A model generated the notes under the pieces. That model saw only the letters and a program-made list of their open reading frames with translations, was not told the DNA's origin and ran no database searches. A stretch of DNA of 64,000 bases from the NCBI GenBank assembly GCA_934101625.1, contig CAKORV010000001.1, positions 66,121 to 130,120 on the forward strand, given 5' to 3'. Origin of the DNA: an uncultured Bacilli bacterium (lineage in GTDB: Bacteria; Bacillota_I; Bacilli_A; RF39; UBA660). Made by a program: the position numbers and the translations under genes. Positions 10,537-20,548 of this stretch are shown here, piece by piece (position 1 is the stretch's first letter; each line of letters starts with the position of its first letter).

Positions 10537-11337
10537 ATGATTAAAGCAATATTAGCAAATTTTAAGAAGTATTCGTTTCTTATGAGTCAAATGATTATGA
10601 GAGACTTTAAAGTTAAATATAAAAGAAGTGTACTTGGGGTAATGTGGAGTTTGTTATATCCTGTATTGATGATGGCTGTTATGGCACTTGTATTTTCTAA
10701 TATGTTTAAGTTTAAAGTAGAAGGAGTAAATTATTTAGTATATTTAATGACTGGTCTTGTTATGTTTAACTATTTTAGTGAGGCGTCTACTAGTGCGATG
10801 TCATCAGTTATATCAAACTTTTCGTTAATTAATAAAGTTTATATACCGAAATATATATTTCCATTATCTAAGTGTTTATTTGTAGGTATTAACTTTTTAT
10901 TAACATTGATACCACTATTTATTATAATTTTAGTAACTGGTACACCTGAAACTAGATGTGTTATTAACATTTATTATTTATTACTTCCATATGCGATTTT
11001 GTGTATGTTTGTATTTACTATTGGTATAGGATTTATATTGTCTACAATAGCAGTTTTCTTTAGAGATATATTATATATTTATGGAATAGTTATGACTATT
11101 TGGAATTATTTTACACCTGTATTTTATGATTTAAGTATTTTACCGGTTAAATTACAAGCATTTTTTAAATTTAATCCTTTGTATCAATTTATTAATTTTG
11201 TAAGAACTATTATACTTTATGGTCAAATTCCAAGTGTAGAAAATTTCTTGGGTTGTGCATTTTATGCAGTATTTGCATTTTTCTTAGGTTGTGTAATATT
11301 TAAGAAGAATCAAGATAAATTTGTTTATTACTTATAG
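10537..11337 (+). CDS. tagG: ABC-2 type polysaccharide/teichoic-acid export permease
   Basis: Six-TM ABC-2 architecture with the typical N-terminal [19 protein letters not shown] motif. Confidence 0.8.
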   Translation: MIKAILANFKKYSFLMSQMIMRDFKVKYKRSVLGVMWSLLYPVLMMAVMALVFSNMFKFKVEGVNYLVYLMTGLVMFNYFSEASTSAMSSVISNFSLINKVYIPKYIFPLSKCLFVGINFLLTLIPLFIIILVTGTPETRCVINIYYLLLPYAILCMFVFTIGIGFILSTIAVFFRDILYIYGIVMTIWNYFTPVFYDLSILPVKLQAFFKFNPLYQFINFVRTIILYGQIPSVENFLGCAFYAVFAFFLGCVIFKKNQDKFVYYL

Positions 11338-11347
11338 TGGAGGTCTT

Positions 11348-12082
11348 ATGATTGATTTAAAGAATGTAACAATGAAGTTTAATTTAGGTATTGAAAAAAA
11401 TAATTCTTTTAAGGAAACATTTATTAATATGTTTAATTCTAAAAAAGAAAAACCAGTTCCATTTTATGCCTTGAAGGATGTAAGTTTTCATGTTAGTCCA
11501 AGTGAAGTTGTTGGGATAATAGGAAAAAATGGTGCGGGTAAGAGTACATTATTAAAGATTGTTAGTGGTGTTATGAAACCAACTAAAGGGAAAGTAACAG
11601 TTGGGGGATCTATTTCTCCGATGATAGAACTTGGTGCAGGTTTTGATATGGAACTTACAGCTAGAGAAAATATATTTTTAAATGGAGCGGTTTTGGGTTA
11701 TTCAAAACAATTCTTAGAAGATAAGTTTGAAGAAATAGTGGAATTTTCTGAACTTAGAGATTTTTTAGATGTTCCAATTAAAAACTTTTCTTCTGGTATG
11801 GTTGCAAAACTAGCATTTTCAATTGCGACAATTGTAAATCCAGAAATATTAATAGTAGATGAAATATTAAGTGTTGGAGATATTAAGTTTCAAGAAAAAA
11901 GTAGAAATAAAATGATGGAAATGATTAAAGGTGGAACTACTGTACTAATAGTAAGTCATTCGCTTGAGCAAATTAAAGAATTGTGTACTAAAGTTATTTG
12001 GCTTGAACATGGTAAGATTGTTGATATAGGAGATCCTATTAAAGTATGTGATGAATTTGCTAAAAAAACCTTGGGGGCATAA
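11348..12082 (+). CDS. tagH: polysaccharide/teichoic-acid export ABC ATPase
   Basis: Walker [10 protein letters not shown], signature FSSGM, Walker B ILIVDE. Start at MIDLKNV after GGAGG. Confidence 0.85.
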   Translation: MIDLKNVTMKFNLGIEKNNSFKETFINMFNSKKEKPVPFYALKDVSFHVSPSEVVGIIGKNGAGKSTLLKIVSGVMKPTKGKVTVGGSISPMIELGAGFDMELTARENIFLNGAVLGYSKQFLEDKFEEIVEFSELRDFLDVPIKNFSSGMVAKLAFSIATIVNPEILIVDEILSVGDIKFQEKSRNKMMEMIKGGTTVLIVSHSLEQIKELCTKVIWLEHGKIVDIGDPIKVCDEFAKKTLGA

Positions 12083-13282
12083 ATGATTGAAAAGATTACT
12101 TATTATTATAAAAATAATGGATTATTAAGAACTTGTAAATGGTTATTTTTTAAACCATGGAATATTCTAAGTAAAAAAATTAATATATATAAAAGCATTA
12201 ATTTAAAAAATGGTAATATAAAAGATATTTCTAATATAAAAGAAAAAAGAGTTTTTATTTTTGCGGGTGTTCCATATTTTGATATTGGTGGAGGACAAAG
12301 AAGTAGTCAGTTGGCTAAAGAATTTAATAAACTAGGTTATGACGTTATTTATATTTATAATACTCCTAGTAATGAAAGTAAAATTTATAAATTAGAGTTT
12401 CCTACTGTAATTCATAAATATATAAAAAAGTTTAGTATAGAAGAATATAAAGAATTAATCAAAAAAAATGATATGGTTATTTTTGAGGTACCAAGTAAAA
12501 ATTATTTAGAATATTTAGAATTATCACGTTTAAATAATTTAAAAATTGTGTATGAGAATATTGATAATTGGGAAAGTTTAGGTAAAGATTTTCTTGATAA
12601 AGAGGTTTTAAAAAATTTTTTGTCTAATGTAGATTTAATAACTGCAACAGCAAAACCTTTAAAAGAACAAATAGATAATTATTTAAAGGAATTTAAAATT
12701 AAAGATAAAAAAGTTATATATTTAGCTAATGCAGTAAATGATAATTTATTTGATCCAGATAAACCATATGACATGCCTAATGATTTGATTTTAGGAAATA
12801 AAACTTTTTTGTATTATGGTTCTTTATGGGGATCATGGTTTGATTGGGATATTATTAAAGAAATATCTTCGTTGGATAAAAATTATAAAATATATTTAAT
12901 AGGTGATGATAGAAATATAGATAGTATTAAAAATAATTTAAGTAAAAATGTTGTCTTTTTAGGTCTTAAAAAGCAAAGTGAGTTACCTGCTTATTTAAAA
13001 TATGTTGATTATGCCTTGTTACCTTTTAAGACTGATACAATTGGCAATTATGTATCTCCACTTAAAATATTTGAGTATATATCTATGAATAAAAATGTAA
13101 TCGCAACATGTTTACCGGATATTGTGGGATATCCAAACACATATTTTGTTAGGAATATTAAAGACTTAAAAGAAATAATAAAAGAAGATAAAGAAGTAGA
13201 TATTGTAAAAAGAAATGAATTTATAAAAAATAATAATTGGAATAATAGAGTTTCAGTTATTATTAAAGAATTAGAGGTGTAA
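12083..13282 (+). CDS. glycosyltransferase (GT1/GT4-like, TuaH-like)
   Basis: GT-B-like C-terminal half (SPLKIFEYISMNKNVIAT). Resembles the 16306..17448 product. Confidence 0.55.
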   Translation: MIEKITYYYKNNGLLRTCKWLFFKPWNILSKKINIYKSINLKNGNIKDISNIKEKRVFIFAGVPYFDIGGGQRSSQLAKEFNKLGYDVIYIYNTPSNESKIYKLEFPTVIHKYIKKFSIEEYKELIKKNDMVIFEVPSKNYLEYLELSRLNNLKIVYENIDNWESLGKDFLDKEVLKNFLSNVDLITATAKPLKEQIDNYLKEFKIKDKKVIYLANAVNDNLFDPDKPYDMPNDLILGNKTFLYYGSLWGSWFDWDIIKEISSLDKNYKIYLIGDDRNIDSIKNNLSKNVVFLGLKKQSELPAYLKYVDYALLPFKTDTIGNYVSPLKIFEYISMNKNVIATCLPDIVGYPNTYFVRNIKDLKEIIKEDKEVDIVKRNEFIKNNNWNNRVSVIIKELEV

Positions 13283-13285
13283 GAC

Positions 13286-15169
13286 ATGAATGAGAAAGAT
13301 TTAAGAAGTTATAATGTATTAAAAAGATATAAAGTTATAGGATTAGTTAATAAGGCTTTAGTAGTTAAGGATTCTGGATTTAAGGGATTAATGAATAAAT
13401 CTAAAGAAAAAAAAGATTTAAAAAAATATAAATTGAAATCAGGAGAAGTATTAACTAATGAAGCTAAATTAAAACTAGAAGTTGGAAGTATAGATGTTGT
13501 ATTAGAAAATTCTAATATGTATGAAGATGTTAGTAAAGAATTAAAAGATGAAAAAGTAACATATTATTATTTAAATGGAACACAAAAAAGTAAACTTAAT
13601 AAATTAAATAGCTTTGATTTTCCTAGATTATTTGTTAATCGTGCTTTTATATATGTTACTAATAAAAAAGTAAATGTTTCAGATTTTTATTATTGTATAA
13701 ATGTAAATTATAAGAACTTAGATAAAATTAAAGAGATTTTAAATAGTAATGAAGGATTAAAATTATATGGAAATTATAATACAATAAATAATATTACTGT
13801 TAAAGCATCAACTTTCTTTAATGATATTGGTACCAATTATTATTCAGGTGGTGCAGAAAGATATTTAATTGATTTACATGAGGTATGTAATGAAATGGGA
13901 TTTAATTTAGATATTTATCAAAATGGTTCTAAGCCTTATTTTAGAAAGTATAATAATATTAATGTTATTGGATTAAAACCTATTGGAATTAAAAATGCAT
14001 TTAATTATGAATTTATGGATAGACAAACTAAAAATTATATTTATGAAACAAAGTTTAAGTCTAATTTGCATATTTATTCAGCTTTTCAAGAATGTTATCC
14101 AAATCATATAGGACCTTCTATTGGAATAAGTCATGGTATAAGTTGGGATAGTAAATGTAATAATTATCAAAATGGTATTGAGTTTTGGAATTCTAATAAG
14201 TGGTTTATTGATAGTGCTCATATGTGTGATAAATTAGTTTCTGTAGATACAAATACTGCTAATTGGTTTCAAACTATTAATTTTGATATTGGAAATCGTA
14301 AATTTCATGTTATACCAAATTATGTTGATACTAAGGAATTTTCACCTAGAAAAGATTATTTAGAAAAGAGAGATAAAATAGTTATTACTTATCCAAGAAG
14401 ACTTTATGAAGCAAGAGGTTTGTACATTACTTTAGATGTTGTTGATGATATTTTAGAAAAATATGATAATGTTGAATTTCACTTTGTAGGTAAAGGCTTT
14501 CAAGAGGATTTAGATAAAGTTGAAGAAAAAGTTAAGAAATATAATGGTAGAGTTAAATGTTATAGTAAGAGCCCATATGAAATGCATGAAGTTTATAAAA
14601 TGAGTGATATTAGCTTAATACCAACTCAATATAGTGAAGGAACAAGTTTATCATGTTTAGAAGCTATGGCATCTGGTAATATAGTGGTGGCAACTCGTAT
14701 AGGAGGACTTACTGATTTAATTTTAAATGAATATAATGGATATTTAATTGAACCTGATAAAGATTCTTTGAAGGCTACATTAGAGAAAATTTTAGATAAT
14801 TTTGAATCTCATAAGGAAATGAAGAAAAATGCAATTAAAGTAGCAGAAAAATTTAATAAAAATACTTGGAAAGATAAGTGGAAACAAGTAATTTCTAGTA
14901 TGAATTTAAAGGGTAATTCTAAAACTAATGAATTAGTTGAATTCTATTTAGAAGATGTTAAGTCTTTAGATGATAAAGTATATGATTTAGTAAAAAAAGA
15001 ATTGATTGATGGAAATTTGGTTTATCTTAAATTTAAGAATGCTTTAAAAAATGATAATCTTACTGGTAATTTATTACAAGTTGTTCCATATGATGAAGAA
15101 GTTGTATCAAAGGCAGTTAGAGTTTATTCTGATAAAAAGTTAAATATAAAAGATAGTATTGTTTTATAG
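13286..15169 (+). CDS. family 4 glycosyltransferase with ~190-aa N-terminal extension
   Basis: GT4 motif EGTSLSCLEAMASGNIVVATRIGGLTDLI. Confidence 0.75.
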   Translation: MNEKDLRSYNVLKRYKVIGLVNKALVVKDSGFKGLMNKSKEKKDLKKYKLKSGEVLTNEAKLKLEVGSIDVVLENSNMYEDVSKELKDEKVTYYYLNGTQKSKLNKLNSFDFPRLFVNRAFIYVTNKKVNVSDFYYCINVNYKNLDKIKEILNSNEGLKLYGNYNTINNITVKASTFFNDIGTNYYSGGAERYLIDLHEVCNEMGFNLDIYQNGSKPYFRKYNNINVIGLKPIGIKNAFNYEFMDRQTKNYIYETKFKSNLHIYSAFQECYPNHIGPSIGISHGISWDSKCNNYQNGIEFWNSNKWFIDSAHMCDKLVSVDTNTANWFQTINFDIGNRKFHVIPNYVDTKEFSPRKDYLEKRDKIVITYPRRLYEARGLYITLDVVDDILEKYDNVEFHFVGKGFQEDLDKVEEKVKKYNGRVKCYSKSPYEMHEVYKMSDISLIPTQYSEGTSLSCLEAMASGNIVVATRIGGLTDLILNEYNGYLIEPDKDSLKATLEKILDNFESHKEMKKNAIKVAEKFNKNTWKDKWKQVISSMNLKGNSKTNELVEFYLEDVKSLDDKVYDLVKKELIDGNLVYLKFKNALKNDNLTGNLLQVVPYDEEVVSKAVRVYSDKKLNIKDSIVL

Positions 15170-15187
15170 AAAGAGAGGATTTATTAT

Positions 15188-16294
15188 ATGATAAAAGTTA
15201 TGACTATTTTTGGAACTAGGCCAGAAGCTATTAAAATGGCTCCACTAGTTAAAGAGTTGAAATCAAGGAGTGAAATTGAAACAACAATATGTGTTACTGC
15301 TCAACATAGAGAAATGCTTGATCAAGTATTAAATACATTTAATATTGTACCTGATTATGATTTAAATATTATGAAACAAGGTCAAACTTTAGGTGATATT
15401 ACAAGTAGAGTTCTTACTGAAATTGATTCGGTTATTAAAGAAGTAAAACCTGATATTATATTAGTTCATGGAGATACTACTACGACTTTTGCTGGGGCCT
15501 TAGCAGCTTTTTATAATCAAGTGTCTATTGGACATGTAGAGGCAGGTTTAAGAACTTATGACAAATATTCTCCATATCCAGAAGAAATGAATAGACAAAT
15601 GGTTAGTTGCTTAGCCGATATGCATTTTGCTCCCACTTTGTTAAGTAAACAAAATTTATTAAATGAAGGTAAGGATGAAAAAAATATTTATGTTACTGGT
15701 AATACTGCGATTGATGCAATGAAAATGACTGTTTCTAAAGATTATACAAATGAAACTCTAGATTGGGTAAAGGATTCTAGAATGATATTATTGACTGCAC
15801 ATAGAAGAGAAAATTTAGGAGATCCTATGTATAATATTTTTAGAGCTGTTAAAAGAATTGTTGATGAGTTTGATGATGTTAAAGTGGTTTATCCAATACA
15901 TTTAAATCCTAAAGTAAGACAAATAGCTAATGAAGTTTTTGGGGATAATGATAAAGTAAGATTAATAGAACCTTTAGAAGTATTTGATTTTCATAATTTT
16001 CAAAATAAGTCTTATATTATTCTTACTGATAGTGGTGGTATTCAAGAAGAAGCACCTTCTTTAGGGAAACCTGTTTTAGTTTTAAGAGATACTACAGAAA
16101 GACCAGAGGGTATTGAAGCAGGAACACTTAAATTAGCAGGTACTGATGAAGAAACTATTTATCAAATGACAAAGGAATTATTAACTAATAAAGAAGAATA
16201 TGATAAAATGTCTCATGCAAGTAATCCTTATGGAGATGGTGAGGCAAGTAGAAGAATAGTAGATGCTATAATAAATAAATTTGGAAATAAATAA
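15188..16294 (+). CDS. mnaA: UDP-N-acetylglucosamine 2-epimerase (non-hydrolysing)
   Basis: FGTRPEAIKMAPL, HGDTTTTFAGALAAF, HVEAGLRT and DSGGIQEEAPSLGKPVLVLR are canonical WecB/MnaA motifs. Confidence 0.9.
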   Translation: MIKVMTIFGTRPEAIKMAPLVKELKSRSEIETTICVTAQHREMLDQVLNTFNIVPDYDLNIMKQGQTLGDITSRVLTEIDSVIKEVKPDIILVHGDTTTTFAGALAAFYNQVSIGHVEAGLRTYDKYSPYPEEMNRQMVSCLADMHFAPTLLSKQNLLNEGKDEKNIYVTGNTAIDAMKMTVSKDYTNETLDWVKDSRMILLTAHRRENLGDPMYNIFRAVKRIVDEFDDVKVVYPIHLNPKVRQIANEVFGDNDKVRLIEPLEVFDFHNFQNKSYIILTDSGGIQEEAPSLGKPVLVLRDTTERPEGIEAGTLKLAGTDEETIYQMTKELLTNKEEYDKMSHASNPYGDGEASRRIVDAIINKFGNK

Positions 16295-16305
16295 TAGAGA
16301 TAATT

Positions 16306-17448
16306 ATGATAAAAAAAATTAAAGAATATAATAATTTAAGAAAGTATTTAAAGTATATTAATAATTTATATGGTGAGTATTTTTTAAAGGATATTATGCC
16401 TGAGTTTAAAACTATAAAAAAGAATATTGATAATGGTGTTTATAAAGGTATTATTGTTTATTCTACTGCTGTAATGTGGGAACCAATACAAAGACCACAC
16501 CATTTTCTTAAAAGTTTTGCTGAGGATGGCTATTTATGTTTCTTTTGTGAAACTAATTTAAAAGAAAATTATATTATTAAGGAAAAATTTAAAAATGTTT
16601 ATTTGGTTAATGGTGAAGAAAAGTTAATATCGTTGATTAAAGATCAGAAAGTTATATTTTTAATTACATATTTTTTACAGTATGTATTTGCTAGATATTT
16701 TGATAATAAAATTGTTTGGTTTGATTTATTGGATAGGTTAGACTTTATGTCATATCATAATTTATATTCTAAAAAAGTATATAGTGAGATTATAAAAAAT
16801 GCAGATATTATAACATATACAAGTAATAATTTAAAACACTATTTAAATGGTAATAAAAATGCTATTTTGGTACCTAATGGTGCTAATGTAGAGGATTTTA
16901 AAATTGAGAATGATTGTATTGTACCAAATGACATGGAGAATATTTTAAAAGATAATAAACCTGTATTGGGATATTTTGGTGCTATTGAGAAGTGGTTTGA
17001 TTTTAAATTGATTAATACTTTAGATAAATCTGATAAATATAATGTTGTTTTGATTGGTAAAATAGGTGATAACTTAAATTATGAAAAGTATAATTTTAAA
17101 AATGTACATTTTTTAGGACCAAAACCATTTAATGAACTTAAAAATTATGCAAAGTATTTTGATGTTGCGATGATACCTTTTATTGTTAATAAATTAACTA
17201 ATACTGTGTCACCGGTCAAGTTTTATGAATATATGGCTTTAGGATTACCTGTTATAACTACACCTATTTATGAAATGAAACAATATAAATTAAGTGTTTT
17301 AAAATTTGTTAATATAGATAATGTCATAAAGGAAACTGATATATTATTAAATATGGATAAAAAAATTATAAAAGAAACTACTAAAAAGGTTGCTGATGAT
17401 AATACATGGAAGGAAAGAATTAAGGTAGTTAAGGAAAAATTAAGATAA
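16306..17448 (+). CDS. glycosyltransferase (TuaH-like)
   Basis: GT-B-like C-terminus SPVKFYEYMALGLPVITT. Paralogous to the 12083..13282 product. Confidence 0.55.
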   Translation: MIKKIKEYNNLRKYLKYINNLYGEYFLKDIMPEFKTIKKNIDNGVYKGIIVYSTAVMWEPIQRPHHFLKSFAEDGYLCFFCETNLKENYIIKEKFKNVYLVNGEEKLISLIKDQKVIFLITYFLQYVFARYFDNKIVWFDLLDRLDFMSYHNLYSKKVYSEIIKNADIITYTSNNLKHYLNGNKNAILVPNGANVEDFKIENDCIVPNDMENILKDNKPVLGYFGAIEKWFDFKLINTLDKSDKYNVVLIGKIGDNLNYEKYNFKNVHFLGPKPFNELKNYAKYFDVAMIPFIVNKLTNTVSPVKFYEYMALGLPVITTPIYEMKQYKLSVLKFVNIDNVIKETDILLNMDKKIIKETTKKVADDNTWKERIKVVKEKLR

Positions 17449-17604
17449 TAGAAATATTGTCTTTTTTTAAAGTTCTTAGGAAAATGTGATAGTGTTTTGG
17501 TTAATCTTTATGTTAATATTCTATATAGTTTTAGTTAATAACATTTAAATTGCATTTCATACACACTTATAGTATAATTGTTGTTAGTAAGGAAAAGTGA
17601 TTTT

Positions 17605-18222
17605 ATGAAAGTAATTGGTGTATATAGAAAATGTGATTTTGTTACTATGTTAGGGACGTGTTTCGCTATTAGTGGAATTATTTGTGCTTATAATTTTAAA
17701 ACAACATTTGCAGTTTTTTGTTTAATTTTTGCAGCTATTTGTGATGCATTTGATGGAGTAGTTGCTAGAAGGTTTTTTAGTTTGAAAGAACATCAGATAT
17801 ATGGAATTGAGTTAGATAGTTTAAGTGACGCTATTAGTTTTGGAGTACTTCCAATGTTAATATCTTTAAATTTAACAGTACAAAATGTTTATACTTATGC
17901 TATTAGTGTGTTTTTTGTATTATGTGGTGTCATAAGATTAGCATACTTTAATATGTTATCTACTACTAAAAAAGGTAAACATGATGAATTTTTAGGTGTT
18001 CCTATTACAGCAAGTGCTATAGTAATACCTATGGTATATTTTGTTACATTTTTAATAGGTAGAAAGTTTAGATATATAATATTTCCAGTAACATTACTTT
18101 TACTTGGTTTATCTTATATAATACCTATTAAATTAAAAAAACCAACAGCTAGAGAAAAAATTATGTTGTCAATTATGGGAATTATAGCTATAATAGTATG
18201 TATACTTAAAATAAAATTTTAA
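17605..18222 (+). CDS. CDP-alcohol phosphatidyltransferase (phosphatidylserine-synthase-like)
   Basis: Full motif D-x2-DG-x2-AR-x8-G-x3-D-x3-D in CDAFDGVVARRFFSLKEHQIYGIELDSLSD. ATG at 17605 after AAGGAAAAG. Confidence 0.75.
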   Translation: MKVIGVYRKCDFVTMLGTCFAISGIICAYNFKTTFAVFCLIFAAICDAFDGVVARRFFSLKEHQIYGIELDSLSDAISFGVLPMLISLNLTVQNVYTYAISVFFVLCGVIRLAYFNMLSTTKKGKHDEFLGVPITASAIVIPMVYFVTFLIGRKFRYIIFPVTLLLLGLSYIIPIKLKKPTAREKIMLSIMGIIAIIVCILKIKF

Positions 18223-18287
18223 TAGAATTTTATTTTTTTTTAAATATTATTACTATTGCATGGTATAATATTAACAAGAGGAGTATT

Positions 18288-19889
18288 ATGAAGAAAATTA
18301 CAATATTGTCTTTACATTTAGGTGTAGGTGGAATAGAAAAGTATATTTCTAGTTTAAGTAAAATGTTATGTGATGATTATGAAATAGAAATGATTATTAC
18401 ATATAAACTTAAAGAAGTACCATCATTTAATATAAATAATAAGATAAAAATTACATATTTAATAGATGGTGGACCTAATAAAGATGAGATAAAAAAATGT
18501 ATTAGAAGAAAGAAATATTTTAAATTAATAACTGAATTATTTAAGGCTGTTAAAATATTAAGATTGAAGAAATCTAGAACTAAGAAAGCACTTAAAGAGT
18601 TAGATACTGATTATTTGATTACTACTAGAACATATGAAACTAAGTTAGCTAATAAAATACTTAAGAAAAGTAATATTAAATTAATAGCAACAGATCATAA
18701 TTATCCTAGTAAAAAATATAAGAAGGAATTAATTATGAGTACTACTAATTATGATAGATTAATTTTAGTTAATAGTGAAATAAGAGATATTTATAGAAAA
18801 GAAATAGGACTTAAAGCAGTAAGTATAAATAATTTTATAGATGAAATATCTAAGGAAAAGAGTGATTTAAGTACTAAAAATATTATAGCAGTAGGTAGAC
18901 TTTCTAAGGAAAAAGGTTTTATTGATTTAATTGATATAATGTCTATTATAGTTAAAATGGATAAAGATGTTAAGTTAACTTTAGTAGGTGATGGGGAAGA
19001 GAAAGAAAATATTCAAAATAGAATTAAAGAACTTAAGTTAGAGAATAATATTAGATTAACTGGTTTCTTAAACCAAGAAGAGATTAGAAGTGAACTTTTA
19101 AAGTCTAGTATATTTTGCATGACTAGTTTAGTTGAAAGTTTTGGATTAGTAATATTAGAATCAATGAATATGGGAGTACCAGTAGTTGCTTTTGATTCTT
19201 CTGTTGGACCTAGAGTTCTTTTAAGTGATGGAAAAGGTATCTTAATTAAGGATAGAAATAAAGAAGAGTTTGCTAAGTGTGTTATAGATTTATTAAATAA
19301 TAATAAAGTATTAAAAAGATTTGCTAATAATGCTAAGAAAAGTGTTGAAGAATATACTCCTGATGTTATAAAGAAAGAGTGGTTATCTTTATTAAAAGAA
19401 GTAGGTAATTGTAGTAGAAAAAGAGTTATGTTTATATCTAGTACTGGTGGACATTTAAATGAAATGTTGATGCTTAAAAGTATGTTTAATAAGTATAATT
19501 ATTCTTTAATTACTGAGAATACTGAGTCTAATAAAAATCTTAAGAATAAGTATGGTAGAAAAAGAGTAGGTATGATGATTTTTGGAACTAGAAAGCATAT
19601 GTTTACTTATGTGTTTAAGATAATTATGAATTCATTTAGAAGTTTATATTATTATATTAAGTTTAGACCACAATATATTATTTCTACTGGAGCGCATACA
19701 GCTGGACCAATGTGTTTATTAGGACATATTTTAGGTAGTAAGATAATTTTTATAGAAACATTTGCTAATAGTGAAACAAAGACTATAACAGGTAGTTTAG
19801 TTTATAAATTTGCTGATTTGTTTATAGTTCAATGGGAAAGTATGTTAGATAATTATCCTGATGCAACATTTGGGGGGTGGATATATTGA
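18288..19889 (+). CDS. fusion protein: GT4 glycosyltransferase (N) plus Alg14-like membrane/anchor domain (C)
   Basis: N-terminal half has ESFGLVILESMNMGVPVVAFD. From about residue 375, MFISSTGGHLNEMLML resembles Alg14/CpsF-type proteins. Confidence 0.65.
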   Translation: MKKITILSLHLGVGGIEKYISSLSKMLCDDYEIEMIITYKLKEVPSFNINNKIKITYLIDGGPNKDEIKKCIRRKKYFKLITELFKAVKILRLKKSRTKKALKELDTDYLITTRTYETKLANKILKKSNIKLIATDHNYPSKKYKKELIMSTTNYDRLILVNSEIRDIYRKEIGLKAVSINNFIDEISKEKSDLSTKNIIAVGRLSKEKGFIDLIDIMSIIVKMDKDVKLTLVGDGEEKENIQNRIKELKLENNIRLTGFLNQEEIRSELLKSSIFCMTSLVESFGLVILESMNMGVPVVAFDSSVGPRVLLSDGKGILIKDRNKEEFAKCVIDLLNNNKVLKRFANNAKKSVEEYTPDVIKKEWLSLLKEVGNCSRKRVMFISSTGGHLNEMLMLKSMFNKYNYSLITENTESNKNLKNKYGRKRVGMMIFGTRKHMFTYVFKIIMNSFRSLYYYIKFRPQYIISTGAHTAGPMCLLGHILGSKIIFIETFANSETKTITGSLVYKFADLFIVQWESMLDNYPDATFGGWIY

Positions 19890-20365
19890 TATTTGTAACT
19901 GTAGGTACACAAGATGCACCTTTTGATAGGCTTTTGAAGGCAGTTGATAAGTGCATATTTGATGGTACTATTAAAGAAGAAGTAATAGTGCAATGTGGTA
20001 AAACTAAATTTAAGTCTAAAAATATGAAAATGGTTAATTTACTTCCAATGGATGAATTTAAAAAGATAGTAAGTGAGGCAAGTCTTATAATAGCGCATGG
20101 TGGAGTAGGTACTATAACTGATGGAATAAATAATGGTAAAGTTGTAATTGCTTGCCCAAGACTAGCAAAGTATAAAGAAGCTGTTAATGATCATCAATTA
20201 CAAATTATTAAACAATTTGCTAAAATGGGATTTATTATTCCTTGTTATGATCCAAAGGATTTAAAAAAGGCTATAGAAGATTCTAAGAAATTTAAAAATA
20301 AAAAGTATAAGAGTAATACTAATAATATGGTAAAACTTATAGAGAATTTTATTGATAATAATTAA
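19877..20365 (+). CDS. Alg13-like glycosyltransferase catalytic subunit (GT28 C-terminal domain, CpsG/PssE-like)
   Basis: IFVTVGTQDAPFDRLL and AHGGVGT motifs. Overlaps the upstream Alg14-like fusion gene. Start is GTG 19877 or TTG 19886. Confidence 0.75.
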   Translation: MDILIFVTVGTQDAPFDRLLKAVDKCIFDGTIKEEVIVQCGKTKFKSKNMKMVNLLPMDEFKKIVSEASLIIAHGGVGTITDGINNGKVVIACPRLAKYKEAVNDHQLQIIKQFAKMGFIIPCYDPKDLKKAIEDSKKFKNKKYKSNTNNMVKLIENFIDNN

Positions 20366-20548
20366 GACCTTAGAGTCTTTTTTTATTAAGTTAATTTTTA
20401 TTCGTATGAAAAATATGCATTTATAGCACAATATTCGTATGAGAAAATTGCAATACATTAACGTTAATTATAAATTTATATTATTTTAATACCTTATAAA
20501 GACTTTTTATTAAAAATTTGGTAAAATTATATTAGGATAGGTGATAAG

